Assembly (NCBI GenBank): GCA_035653955.1
Contig: DASRYD010000193.1
Location: 1-33,019 of the forward strand
DNA length: 33,019 bases
From: Pseudoxanthomonas sp.
GTDB taxonomy: Bacteria; Pseudomonadota; Gammaproteobacteria; Xanthomonadales; Xanthomonadaceae
Reading direction: 5' to 3'
The notes beneath the pieces were generated by a model, which had not been told where the DNA came from, ran no database searches, and worked only from the letters and a program-made list of their open reading frames with translations. This document shows, piece by piece, positions 22,789 through 31,562 of the stretch. Within the stretch, counting starts at the first letter, position 1. Each line of letters opens with the position of its first letter. The position numbers were made by a program, and so were the translations under genes.

Positions 22789-24252
22789 TCATTGCTTCCA
22801 GACAAAAGTCGCCAAGCTCTTCGCCGGCAAACGATAGCGGAACGTGCGGCCAGCCTGGGTCACCGAGAAGCGTTGCGATTTCTTTGCCGAATTGGTGACG
22901 ATCAGCACCAGCGAGCCATCGTCCTCGTTGCGGAAGGCGACGTTGTCCAGATCGTGCCCGGTTTCGTTCGAGGCGATGCGCCGCGCGCCGGGACGGACGA
23001 AGCGGCTGGCGTGGGCGAGGGCGTAATACTCGTCGGTGCGGCTGACCGCGCCCGTGCGCGAATCGATGGTCACCACCCCGCGGCAGGTATCGCAGCCGCC
23101 GGCGTGGGGGCCGCGATTTTCGTCCAGCGCCAGGTTCCAGAACAGCACGCCGCGCGCCCAGTGCCGCGGCGACTGGATGATCAGCCGCCGCGCCTGCAGG
23201 GTCAGGCCGCCGCTGATCAGCGGTTCCCATGCGCCACCCGAGCATTCGGTCAGGTAAGCGTCCATGTCCGGATGGGCATCGTGAATCTTCGACTGGGCGG
23301 AAGGTTCGCCGCCGTAGCAGTGCCAGGCGACGCCATCGACGTAACGGCCGGCGACCGGATCGTCGAGCACGCCCAGCGGCTCCTGCGGCTTGTCCCAGTT
23401 GTGGTCCCAGTCGAACAGCAACGGCTTCGAACCGCGCTTCGCCAGCAACGGGCCGAGATGATCCCCGATCAGGCGCGCGCGCTCGGGTGCGTTGAGGCGC
23501 ATGCCGGGATAGTCGCCGGGCTCGAAGTCCGGTTCGTTCTGCACGGTCAGGGCGAAGACCGGAATGCCTTCCGCCGCGTAGGCATCGACGTACTTCAGCA
23601 GGTAGCGCGAGAACGCTTCGTAGTAGCGCGGCGACAGCTTGCCCTTGACCAGGCTGTTGTTGTCCTTCATCCACGCCGGCGCGCTCCACGGCGAAGCCAT
23701 CACCTGCAGATGCGGATTGACCGCCAGCGCCGCGCGCGTCACCGGCACCACGTCGCCCAGGTTCGGCGCGATGCTGAAGTACTTCAGTTGCGGGTCCGGC
23801 TGGCCGTCGGGCGGATCGTCCAGGCTGTAATGATGGCGCGAGAAGTCCGACGCTCCGATGGTCAGGCGGGCGAAGTTCAAACCCAGCCCCGGCGCGGGGC
23901 CGAACAACTCTTTCAGCAACGCGTTGCGCTGCATCGGGTTCAATCGGTTCTGGATCAGCCAGGCCGAGGCGTCGGTGATCGATGCGCCAAAGCCGATCAT
24001 CGATTGGAAGCGCTGGTCGGCATCGACATCGATGTGCAACGGCAGGCGCTTGCCGGAGCCGAACGTGGCGACGGGCGTGGGCCGCAGCGCCATGGCGTGG
24101 TCCGAGGTGGTGATCCATACCGAAGCTTTCGACTTCGGCGGCTCGGCCGCGCTTGCGCCGACGGCGCAGGCCAGCGCCAATACCCCAAGCCATCGAAGCG
24201 ACCTGCCGATGGGCCTCGCTTTCGGGTTGAGTCGCCGGTTGCTTTTGCTCAT
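22789..24252 (-). CDS. Exported glycoside hydrolase family 30 (probable endo-beta-1,6-glucanase/glucosylceramidase-like)
   Basis: Signal peptide; GFGASITD, IGASDFS, ASPWSAPAWMK, acid/base QNEP, WDHNWD, WHCY, nucleophile LTEC and HASRFVRPGA. Confidence 0.9.
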   Translation of the reverse strand: MSKSNRRLNPKARPIGRSLRWLGVLALACAVGASAAEPPKSKASVWITTSDHAMALRPTPVATFGSGKRLPLHIDVDADQRFQSMIGFGASITDASAWLIQNRLNPMQRNALLKELFGPAPGLGLNFARLTIGASDFSRHHYSLDDPPDGQPDPQLKYFSIAPNLGDVVPVTRAALAVNPHLQVMASPWSAPAWMKDNNSLVKGKLSPRYYEAFSRYLLKYVDAYAAEGIPVFALTVQNEPDFEPGDYPGMRLNAPERARLIGDHLGPLLAKRGSKPLLFDWDHNWDKPQEPLGVLDDPVAGRYVDGVAWHCYGGEPSAQSKIHDAHPDMDAYLTECSGGAWEPLISGGLTLQARRLIIQSPRHWARGVLFWNLALDENRGPHAGGCDTCRGVVTIDSRTGAVSRTDEYYALAHASRFVRPGARRIASNETGHDLDNVAFRNEDDGSLVLIVTNSAKKSQRFSVTQAGRTFRYRLPAKSLATFVWKQ

Positions 24253-24398
24253 GGATGCTCCTGTCTAATCGCGCTTGCAACGCCTCGCGCACGCGCAGTC
24301 GGCGTAGTGCATTGCAGCAATGAATTGCCTGGGCGGATACGTAACCGCATGAAATGCAATATCGCCGCGGCGCCGCGGGCAACTAATTAAGTTTTCGT

Positions 24399-24438
24399 TT
24401 GACAAGTCCAAGTAGACGCAGGTATGACAGCGCTGTCA
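24399..24438 (+). promoter_or_regulatory. sigma70 promoter overlapped by a LacI-family operator
   Basis: TTGACA (24399-24404)-N18-TATGAC (24423-24428). Perfect palindrome TGACAGCGCTGTCA at 24425-24438 with the central CG typical of LacI sites. Confidence 0.8.
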
Positions 24439-24458
24439 ACTTCGACGGGAGAGGGGCG

Positions 24459-27251
24459 ATGTCGCGTCACGAAAAAGCTGCAGACTTGAAGGGGAACCGG
24501 ACCATGCTACGCAAACGCGCCCTCGTGGCGGCGTGCAGCGCCGCATTGTTCGCCAGCTTCGCCATCCAGGCGCAAGAAGCGCCGGCGGATCAGGCCACGA
24601 CCACGGATGCACAGAAGAAGAGTGTCGAGACGCTGGACACGGTCAAGGTGACCGGTATCCGCGCGGCGATCGCTTCCGCCGTCGAAACCAAGAGCGAATC
24701 CACCTCTATCGTCGAAGCTGTTTCCGCAGAGGACATCGGCAAGCTGCCCGACATCAGCATCGCCGATTCGATTTCGCGCCTGCCGGGCCTGACCATGCAG
24801 CGCGTGGACGGACGTGCGCAGGTGATACATATCCGCGGCATGTCCGAACAGTTCGCCGGTACGTTGCTGAACGGCCGGGAGCAGGTCACCACCGGCGACA
24901 ACCGCGGCGTCGAGTTCGACCAGTATCCGGCCGAGCTGATCAACGGCGTCACCGTGTACAAGACCCCGGACGCCTCGCTGGTCGGGCAGGGCCTGTCCGG
25001 CACGGTGAACATGCAGACCGTGCGCCCGCTGGACTTCAGCGAGCGCCGCATCGTGTTCAGCGGACAGGGCGAGTCCAATTCGCTGGGCGACCTGACCGCA
25101 GGCGGTGACGACAAGGGCTACCGGCTTTCGGCCTCGTACATCGACCAGTTCGCCGACGACACCGTGGGCCTGGCCATTGGCGTGGCGCGGATGAATTCGC
25201 CGTTCCAGGAAAAGCATTACAAGTCGTGGTGGTGGGCCAACACCGACATGTGGGGCACGCCGCAGGATGGCAAACCGGCGGACGCGATCGCGTTGCAGGG
25301 CGCCGAAGGCTGGGTCAAGTCGCGCGATATGACACGCGATGGCGTGATGGCAGTGCTCGAGTTCAAGCCCAACGACACCTGGCACAGCGTGATCGACGCG
25401 TACCACTCCAAGTTCGACCAGACAGAGTTGATGCGCGGCGCGATGTGGACCAATGACCCATGGTGGAATGGCGGCGCCGCGGATTATTCCAACGTCGGCA
25501 CGACCGATTACCACGGCACCCCGGTGGTCACCAGCGGTACCCTGAGCGGTATCCAACCACTGGTACGCAACGACGACAATCAGCGTGAATCGAAACTAGA
25601 TTCGTTCGGCTGGAACAACGAATTCAAGCTGGACACGTGGACGTTGACGGCGGACGCAAGCTACTCACGCGCCAAGGTCTATGACTCGAAACTGGAAACC
25701 TATGCGGGCATGCTGGGCGGCGTGAGTGCGGATTTCCGCATTCCGTTGTCGCCGGGCTATGCCTATTACGGCCTGCCGGATCTGTCCGATCCTTCCGCCG
25801 TGTACCTGCGCGACACTCAAGGCTATGGCCATGACGGCAAGATGGAAAACACCTGGCAGGAAGACGAGTTGAAGTCCGTACGCTTATCGGTGACCAAGGT
25901 GGTGGAGTCGTCGGATTTCCTGCGCAGTTGGGATGCGGGTTTCAACTACAGCAAGCGCACCAAGAGCAAGCGTGCAGACGTGTTCTTCGCCGATCTTCCG
26001 GATCGTGAGCCGACCTTGGTCGATCCGTCTCTGCTGCAGACTCCGACCAACCTCGGCTTTGCGGGCATGGGCAATGTATTGACTTTCAATCCGCGCGAAT
26101 TGCTGTCTCGTTACTACAACGTGCACCTCAGCGAATCCAACGATGATCTGCAGAAGGATGCGACCACCGAGGAAAAGATAAAGACCTTTTACTTCAAGGC
26201 CAACATTGACATCGACGTTACCGACAGTGTGCGATTGCGCGGCAATGCCGGCGTCCAATACGTCCGTACGGAGCAGACGTCAACGGGCGTGGTAATTGAG
26301 AGGCACGGTGACGATGACGTGATCGTGGCTGGCACTCATGGCGCTTCATACGGTGACATCTTGCCCAGTCTGAATTTGGTGTTTGATTTCGGCAATGGCT
26401 GGAACGTGCGTTTTGGTGCGGCCAAGGAGCTGATGCGCCCGCGCATCAACGACATGGGTGCGTATGCGAGCGTCAGCTTGTCCGATGGCAGCACGGGTCC
26501 CCGCGAGTGGTCCGGCAATGGCGGCAACCCGTCCCTGGAACCGTATCGCGCCAATTCGGTCGACCTCTCGATCGAGAAGTATTTCGGTACCGCCAGCTAC
26601 GTGGCCCTGGCCGGCTTCTACAAGGACCTGGATTCGTACGTATACACCCGGGAAATTCCGTGGAATTTCGCCGGCTACGATTACGAAGGGGCGCCGCCGC
26701 CATCGGATTGGGGTAAATTCTCAACTCCGGCCAATGGCACCGGCGGCTACATGCGCGGCGTGGAGTTCAGCACGGTGCTGGGCGGCGACCTGATCAGCCC
26801 GTCTCTGGATGGTTTCGGCTTGCTGGTGAACGCTTCGTACACCGACTCGTCGATCGATCCGGATGGTCCCGACCAGGGCTCCAGCACCGATACTTTCCCG
26901 GGCCTGTCGAAGATCGTCGCCAATGCCACCGTGTACTACGAAAAGCACGGCTTCTCCGCGCGTATCAGCCAGCGCTATCGCGACAAGTACCGCGGCGAGT
27001 ACAGCAGCCTGTTCGGTCAACGCGTCTATCGCTACACCCTGAGCGAGCGCACCGTCGACCTGCAGCTGGGCTACGACTTCCCCGAATCCAGCAAGCTGGG
27101 CGGGTTGTCCTTGCTGTTTCAGATCAACAACGTCAACAACGAACCGTTCCGCACCGAAGTTAGTTCCGGCACCCATCCGGACCTGTTCTTCCCCGAGGAA
27201 TACACCGAGTACGGTCGCCAGTACATGCTGGGCTTCCGTTACAAGCTGTAA
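24459..27251 (+). CDS. TonB-dependent receptor (oligosaccharide-type)
   Basis: Signal peptide; LDTVKVTGIR, AEDIGKLPD, RLPGL, EFDQYPAEL, VYKTPDA and GNPSLEPYRA. An alternative start at ATG 24504 also has an RBS. Confidence 0.93.
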   Translation: MSRHEKAADLKGNRTMLRKRALVAACSAALFASFAIQAQEAPADQATTTDAQKKSVETLDTVKVTGIRAAIASAVETKSESTSIVEAVSAEDIGKLPDISIADSISRLPGLTMQRVDGRAQVIHIRGMSEQFAGTLLNGREQVTTGDNRGVEFDQYPAELINGVTVYKTPDASLVGQGLSGTVNMQTVRPLDFSERRIVFSGQGESNSLGDLTAGGDDKGYRLSASYIDQFADDTVGLAIGVARMNSPFQEKHYKSWWWANTDMWGTPQDGKPADAIALQGAEGWVKSRDMTRDGVMAVLEFKPNDTWHSVIDAYHSKFDQTELMRGAMWTNDPWWNGGAADYSNVGTTDYHGTPVVTSGTLSGIQPLVRNDDNQRESKLDSFGWNNEFKLDTWTLTADASYSRAKVYDSKLETYAGMLGGVSADFRIPLSPGYAYYGLPDLSDPSAVYLRDTQGYGHDGKMENTWQEDELKSVRLSVTKVVESSDFLRSWDAGFNYSKRTKSKRADVFFADLPDREPTLVDPSLLQTPTNLGFAGMGNVLTFNPRELLSRYYNVHLSESNDDLQKDATTEEKIKTFYFKANIDIDVTDSVRLRGNAGVQYVRTEQTSTGVVIERHGDDDVIVAGTHGASYGDILPSLNLVFDFGNGWNVRFGAAKELMRPRINDMGAYASVSLSDGSTGPREWSGNGGNPSLEPYRANSVDLSIEKYFGTASYVALAGFYKDLDSYVYTREIPWNFAGYDYEGAPPPSDWGKFSTPANGTGGYMRGVEFSTVLGGDLISPSLDGFGLLVNASYTDSSIDPDGPDQGSSTDTFPGLSKIVANATVYYEKHGFSARISQRYRDKYRGEYSSLFGQRVYRYTLSERTVDLQLGYDFPESSKLGGLSLLFQINNVNNEPFRTEVSSGTHPDLFFPEEYTEYGRQYMLGFRYKL

Positions 27252-27269
27252 CCGCTGTACAGCAAACTG

Positions 27270-27313
27270 GCCCGCGGCGGCGGAAGTATCCACTTCCGCT
27301 TTCCGCGGGCTTT
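27270..27313 (+). terminator. Stem-loop after TBDR3
   Basis: GCCCGCGG-cg-GCGGAAGT-atcc-ACTTCCGC-ttt-CCGCGGGC-TTT. Confidence 0.6.
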
Positions 27314-27369
27314 CCACTCTGATACGGGCCGGGGCTGGCGACGTCCATGCCCCTGCGATGGAGAAGTCA

Positions 27370-29946
27370 GTGAATCCGATCCGCATGAGCTTGTTGGGAG
27401 CCGGTCTTCTGGCCTGCCTGTCCTGCACCGGCCAGAAAGTAACGGCCGACCAGTCGAAGTCCGTAGGCAACGGCGCTGCCGCCGAAACGCTGAAAGACTG
27501 GCCGCATGTCGACAGTGCGGTCGCCAAAGACGAGCAGATCGAAGCGCGGATCAAGCAGATGCTGTCCGAGATGTCGCTGGCGCAGAAGATCGGCCAGATG
27601 ACCCAGGCCGAGATCAAGACGATCACGCCGGAGCAGGTGCGCGAGTACTACATCGGTTCGGTGCTGAACGGCGGCGGCTCGTGGCCCGGCATGAACAAGC
27701 AAGCGGCGGTGAAGGACTGGCTGGCGCTGGCCGACCGTTATCACGACGCTTCGACGAGCGTCGACGCCAAGGTCAAGATTCCGATCATCTGGGGCATCGA
27801 CGCCGTCCACGGCAACAGCAACGTCTATGGCGCGACGCTGTTCCCGCACAATGTAGGTCTCGGTGCCGCCCACGACGCGGAACTGATCGAGAAGGTCGGC
27901 GAAGCCACCGCGCAATCGACCCGCGCCACGGGCATCGGCTGGGTGTTCGCCCCGACCCTGGCCGTGGCGCAGAACACGCGCTGGGGCCGCAGCTACGAAA
28001 GTTTCTCCAGCGACCCGGCGTTGGTGAAGGAATACGCCTCGGCCTACGTCAAGGGCTTGCAGGGCGACCCCGGATCGAGTCCGGGGCAGGCTCTGCGCGG
28101 CGACGGCACCGTGGTGGCCACGGCCAAGCATTTCATCGGCGACGGCGCCACCGACCAGGGCAAGGACCAGGGCAACGCGATCGTCGACAAGGCGACCATG
28201 GTCAACGTGCATGGCCAGGGCTACTACGGCGCGCTCGCCGCCGGCGTACAGACGGTGATGGCCTCGTACAACAGTTGGGACGACGTCGCCGCCAAGGTCG
28301 ATTACGGCAAGATGCATGGCGCCAAGGCGCTGCTGACCGAAGCACTGAAGGAAAAGATGGGCTTCGACGGTTTCGTCGTGTCCGACTGGAACGGCATCGG
28401 TCAGGTGCCGGGTTGCAGCAACGCCAGCTGCGCGAAGGCGATCAACGCCGGCATCGACATGGTGATGGTGCCCGACGACTGGAAGGCATTCATCGCCAAC
28501 ACGACCAAACAGGTGGAAAGCGGCGAGATCCCGATGTCGCGCATCGACGACGCGGTCGCCCGCATCCTGCGGGTCAAGCTGCGCGCGGGGCTGTTCGAGC
28601 ACAAGCCGTCCGACAGCGAGTACGCGGGCAAGGATTCGGCCCTGCAACATCGCGATCTGGCGCGCCGCGCGGTACGCGAATCGCTGGTGCTGCTGAAGAA
28701 CGAAGGCGGGGCGTTGCCGCTGAAGCGCGGCCAGCGCGTGCTGGTGGTCGGCAAGGGCGCCGACAGCCTGCCGAACCAGGCCGGCGGCTGGTCGCTGACC
28801 TGGCAGGGTACCGACAACGGCAACGCCGATTATCCGAATGCCGACAGCATCGTCGCAGGCTTCCGCGAAGCCCTGGGCGAAGGCAACGTGACCCTGCGCG
28901 ACAATGTCGATGGCGTCGATGCCTCGAAGTTCGACGCGGTGGTCGCGGTGATCGGCGAAACCCCGTACGCGGAAATGATGGGCGACATCGTGCCGTCCGA
29001 CACCGTCGCGCACAGCCGTCGTTTCCCCGAAGATCTCGCCACCCTGCAGGCCGCGGCGAAGACCGGCAAGCCGGTGGTCACCGTGTTCCTGTCGGGGCGC
29101 CCGCTATACGCCAACGACCTGCTGAACCTGTCCAGCGCGTTCGTCGCGGCATGGCTGCCCGGCACCGAGGGCAAGGGCGTCGCCGACGTGCTGGTCGCTG
29201 GTGCGGATGGCAAGCCCGCACACGACTTCCGCGGCCGCCTGACCTTCCCGTGGCCGAACCTGGCATGCCCGGCGCCGAACAAACCGGCGTTGTTCAAGCC
29301 CGGCTACGGCCTCGGTTATGCGAGCGCGGGCAGCGTCGCGCAGTTGCCGTTGGACAAGGCGCAAGCTTGCGGCGACTCGACCATGCTGGCGATCTTCAAC
29401 CTGTCCGATATGGCGCCGTTCGCGCTGCAGTTGTCGGCGGACGGGCAGGAGCGCGCCGTGGGAGGAGACCTAAACAAGACCAGTGAGTGGCCCGAAGCCA
29501 AGCCGGCGCTGCGCATCGGCACGGTGCAGGTCAACACCCAGCAGGATGCGAAGGAGGTGACCTGGCTGCGGGCCGCGCGTTTCTTCGCCCGCAACACGGT
29601 CGCACGCAACAACCTGACCGCGATGGCCGCTGCAGGCGCCACGCTGCAGTTCGATGTGGTGGTGAAATCCCCGGCAAAAACGCCGGTTTTGCTCGGGATG
29701 GGCTGCGGCAAGGAATGCGGCGGCACGATCGATCTCGGTCCGGCGCTGGCCGGCTTCAGGCTTGGCGAGAAGCACACGATCAAGGCGCCCCTGGCCTGCT
29801 TCGCGGCGAAGGGCGCCGATCTGGCCGTCGTCGACGCGCCGTTCTCGATCGAAGCCGATGCGCCGTTCTCCGCGGCGTTCACCAGGATCCGCGTCGTGTC
29901 GGGTACCGCCGGCGAAGCGGATGTGCTCAAATGCCCCGCGCAATAA
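27370..29946 (+). CDS. GH3 beta-glucosidase / exo-1,3/1,4-beta-glucan glucohydrolase with C-terminal carbohydrate-binding-like domain; probable lipoprotein
   Basis: GGAG RBS before GTG 27370 (ATG 27358 or 27385 also possible); Cys after a hydrophobic stretch; KIGQMTQ, IDAVHG, RWGRSYE, AKHFIG, nucleophile SDWNG, SLVLLKN and AWLPGTEG. Confidence 0.93.
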   Translation: MNPIRMSLLGAGLLACLSCTGQKVTADQSKSVGNGAAAETLKDWPHVDSAVAKDEQIEARIKQMLSEMSLAQKIGQMTQAEIKTITPEQVREYYIGSVLNGGGSWPGMNKQAAVKDWLALADRYHDASTSVDAKVKIPIIWGIDAVHGNSNVYGATLFPHNVGLGAAHDAELIEKVGEATAQSTRATGIGWVFAPTLAVAQNTRWGRSYESFSSDPALVKEYASAYVKGLQGDPGSSPGQALRGDGTVVATAKHFIGDGATDQGKDQGNAIVDKATMVNVHGQGYYGALAAGVQTVMASYNSWDDVAAKVDYGKMHGAKALLTEALKEKMGFDGFVVSDWNGIGQVPGCSNASCAKAINAGIDMVMVPDDWKAFIANTTKQVESGEIPMSRIDDAVARILRVKLRAGLFEHKPSDSEYAGKDSALQHRDLARRAVRESLVLLKNEGGALPLKRGQRVLVVGKGADSLPNQAGGWSLTWQGTDNGNADYPNADSIVAGFREALGEGNVTLRDNVDGVDASKFDAVVAVIGETPYAEMMGDIVPSDTVAHSRRFPEDLATLQAAAKTGKPVVTVFLSGRPLYANDLLNLSSAFVAAWLPGTEGKGVADVLVAGADGKPAHDFRGRLTFPWPNLACPAPNKPALFKPGYGLGYASAGSVAQLPLDKAQACGDSTMLAIFNLSDMAPFALQLSADGQERAVGGDLNKTSEWPEAKPALRIGTVQVNTQQDAKEVTWLRAARFFARNTVARNNLTAMAAAGATLQFDVVVKSPAKTPVLLGMGCGKECGGTIDLGPALAGFRLGEKHTIKAPLACFAAKGADLAVVDAPFSIEADAPFSAAFTRIRVVSGTAGEADVLKCPAQ
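28066..28092. repeat. REP-like palindrome inserted in frame within the GH3 gene
   Basis: GA-CCCCGGA-tcgag-TCCGGGG-CAGGCT, read as DPGSSPGQA between GLQG and LRGDG. Confidence 0.65.
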
Positions 29947-30025
29947 TGAGCCGAACCGGGCGGCGGAAAATCCGTCGCCCGATTCCATTGATACCCGCAC
30001 AGGCAACCCAGGAGAGGGGTAGGGC

Positions 30026-31486
30026 ATGAACAAGCAAACGACCCGATGGTCGCAGTTCCTGGTTTTGATCACGGTGTTCTTCTTCTGGGGTTTCGTCGCC
30101 GCCAGCAACGACATCCTGATCCCTGTATTCAAGCAGGCTTTCGATCTCAAACAGTGGCAAAGCCAGCTGGTCTCGGTGGCTTTCTACGTCGCGTACACCG
30201 TCGGTTCGCTGATCTATTTCTTCGTGTCGAAGGCGATCAAGATCGACGTGCTCAACCGCATCGGCTACAAGAACGGCATCTGCCTGGGCCTGGTGATCTC
30301 GGCGCTGGGCACCTTGCTGTTCTTTCCGGCGGCGAACGCCGGCTCGTTCGCGCTGATGCTGTCGGGCCTGTTCATCGTCGCACTGGGCTTTTCGCTGCAG
30401 CAGATCGCGGCGAATCCGCTGGCCATCGTGATGGGCGACCCGAGCACCGGGGCGCAGCGCCTGACCATGGCAGGCGGCATCAACAATTTCGGCACCACCA
30501 TCGGCCCGTTGATCGTCAGCATCGCGATCTTCGGCAGCGTGGCCGCGGGCGGCACCACGGCCAGCATCGAAAGCGTGAAGACGCCGTACCTGGTGCTGGG
30601 CGCGGTGTTCATCCTGGTTGCGGTGTTCCTGTATTTCTCCTCGGTGCCCAACCACATCGACCTTGAGCACCTGGCCGCGGAAGAGGCGGGCGACAGCGGC
30701 AAGCTGATCCACGCCGACTCCGCGTTCGCCGCGTTCCGCTACCCGCAGCTGGTGCTGGGCATGCTGGCCATCTTCGTCTATGTCGGCGTGGAAGTGTCGA
30801 CGGCGGCGAACCTGCCGGCTTACCTCGAGAAAGACCTCGGCATGCAGACCGCGCACATCGCGCCGTACATCTCGTTGTACTGGGCCAGCCTGATGATTGG
30901 GCGCTGGTCCGGCGCGGCCGGTGCGTTCGACGTGGGCGCTTCCATGAAGGGCTTGCTGACCTTCATCCTGCCGTTCCTCGCCTTCGGCGTGTTCCTCGCG
31001 GTCAACGCCATCGCCCAGCACGACATCAAGCCGTTCCTGATCTATGCGCCGGTGATCCTGGTGATGATCGCGGCGGCGTTGCTGAGCCGCGGCAACCCCG
31101 CGCGCATGTTGCTGTACTTCGCCGTGTGCGGCATCGCCGCGCTGCTGCTGGGCATGGCCACCAACGGCATGGTCAGCACCTTCGCCTTCACTTCGGTGGG
31201 CCTGTTCTGCAGCGTGATGTGGCCGTGCATCTTCACCCTGGCCATCGCCGGCCTGGGCAAGAACACCAACGAAGGTTCCAGCTTCCTGATCATGATGATC
31301 TGCGGCGGCGGCTTCGTCAGCCTGTTCCAGGGCTGGGTCGCCGATATCGTCGGCATCCACGCCAGCTACTGGGTCGGCGTGGCCTGTTTCGCCTATCTCG
31401 CTTTCTACGCGGTCGCAGCCACGCGGACCTTGCGTCGGCAGGGCATCGATCTGGACAAGCTGGCTTCCGGCAGCGGCGGCCACTGA
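30026..31486 (+). CDS. MFS sugar transporter, fucose/glucose-galactose permease (FucP/GluP) family
   Basis: FFFWGF...NDILIP.FK..F.L, RIGYK.G, LQQIAANP, NNFGTTIGP, IFVYVGVEV, MIGRW and SVMWPCIF. GGAGAGGGG RBS. Confidence 0.92.
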   Translation: MNKQTTRWSQFLVLITVFFFWGFVAASNDILIPVFKQAFDLKQWQSQLVSVAFYVAYTVGSLIYFFVSKAIKIDVLNRIGYKNGICLGLVISALGTLLFFPAANAGSFALMLSGLFIVALGFSLQQIAANPLAIVMGDPSTGAQRLTMAGGINNFGTTIGPLIVSIAIFGSVAAGGTTASIESVKTPYLVLGAVFILVAVFLYFSSVPNHIDLEHLAAEEAGDSGKLIHADSAFAAFRYPQLVLGMLAIFVYVGVEVSTAANLPAYLEKDLGMQTAHIAPYISLYWASLMIGRWSGAAGAFDVGASMKGLLTFILPFLAFGVFLAVNAIAQHDIKPFLIYAPVILVMIAAALLSRGNPARMLLYFAVCGIAALLLGMATNGMVSTFAFTSVGLFCSVMWPCIFTLAIAGLGKNTNEGSSFLIMMICGGGFVSLFQGWVADIVGIHASYWVGVACFAYLAFYAVAATRTLRRQGIDLDKLASGSGGH

Positions 31487-31508
31487 CCGCGGCGTTCGTT
31501 CCGACCAC

Positions 31509-31540
31509 GAAAAACCCCGGCATCGCCGGGGTTTTTCTTT
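31509..31540. terminator. Bidirectional intrinsic terminator
   Basis: GAAAAACCCCGGC-atc-GCCGGGGTTTTTC between the convergent MFS and LysR genes. Confidence 0.92.
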
Positions 31541-31562
31541 CCACGCCGCGCAGCGCGTGGAA

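Noticed and set aside
24310-24322. Palindrome CATTGC-A-GCAATG upstream of GH30
   Set aside because: It is short and single, with no recognisable family pattern, and could be chance.
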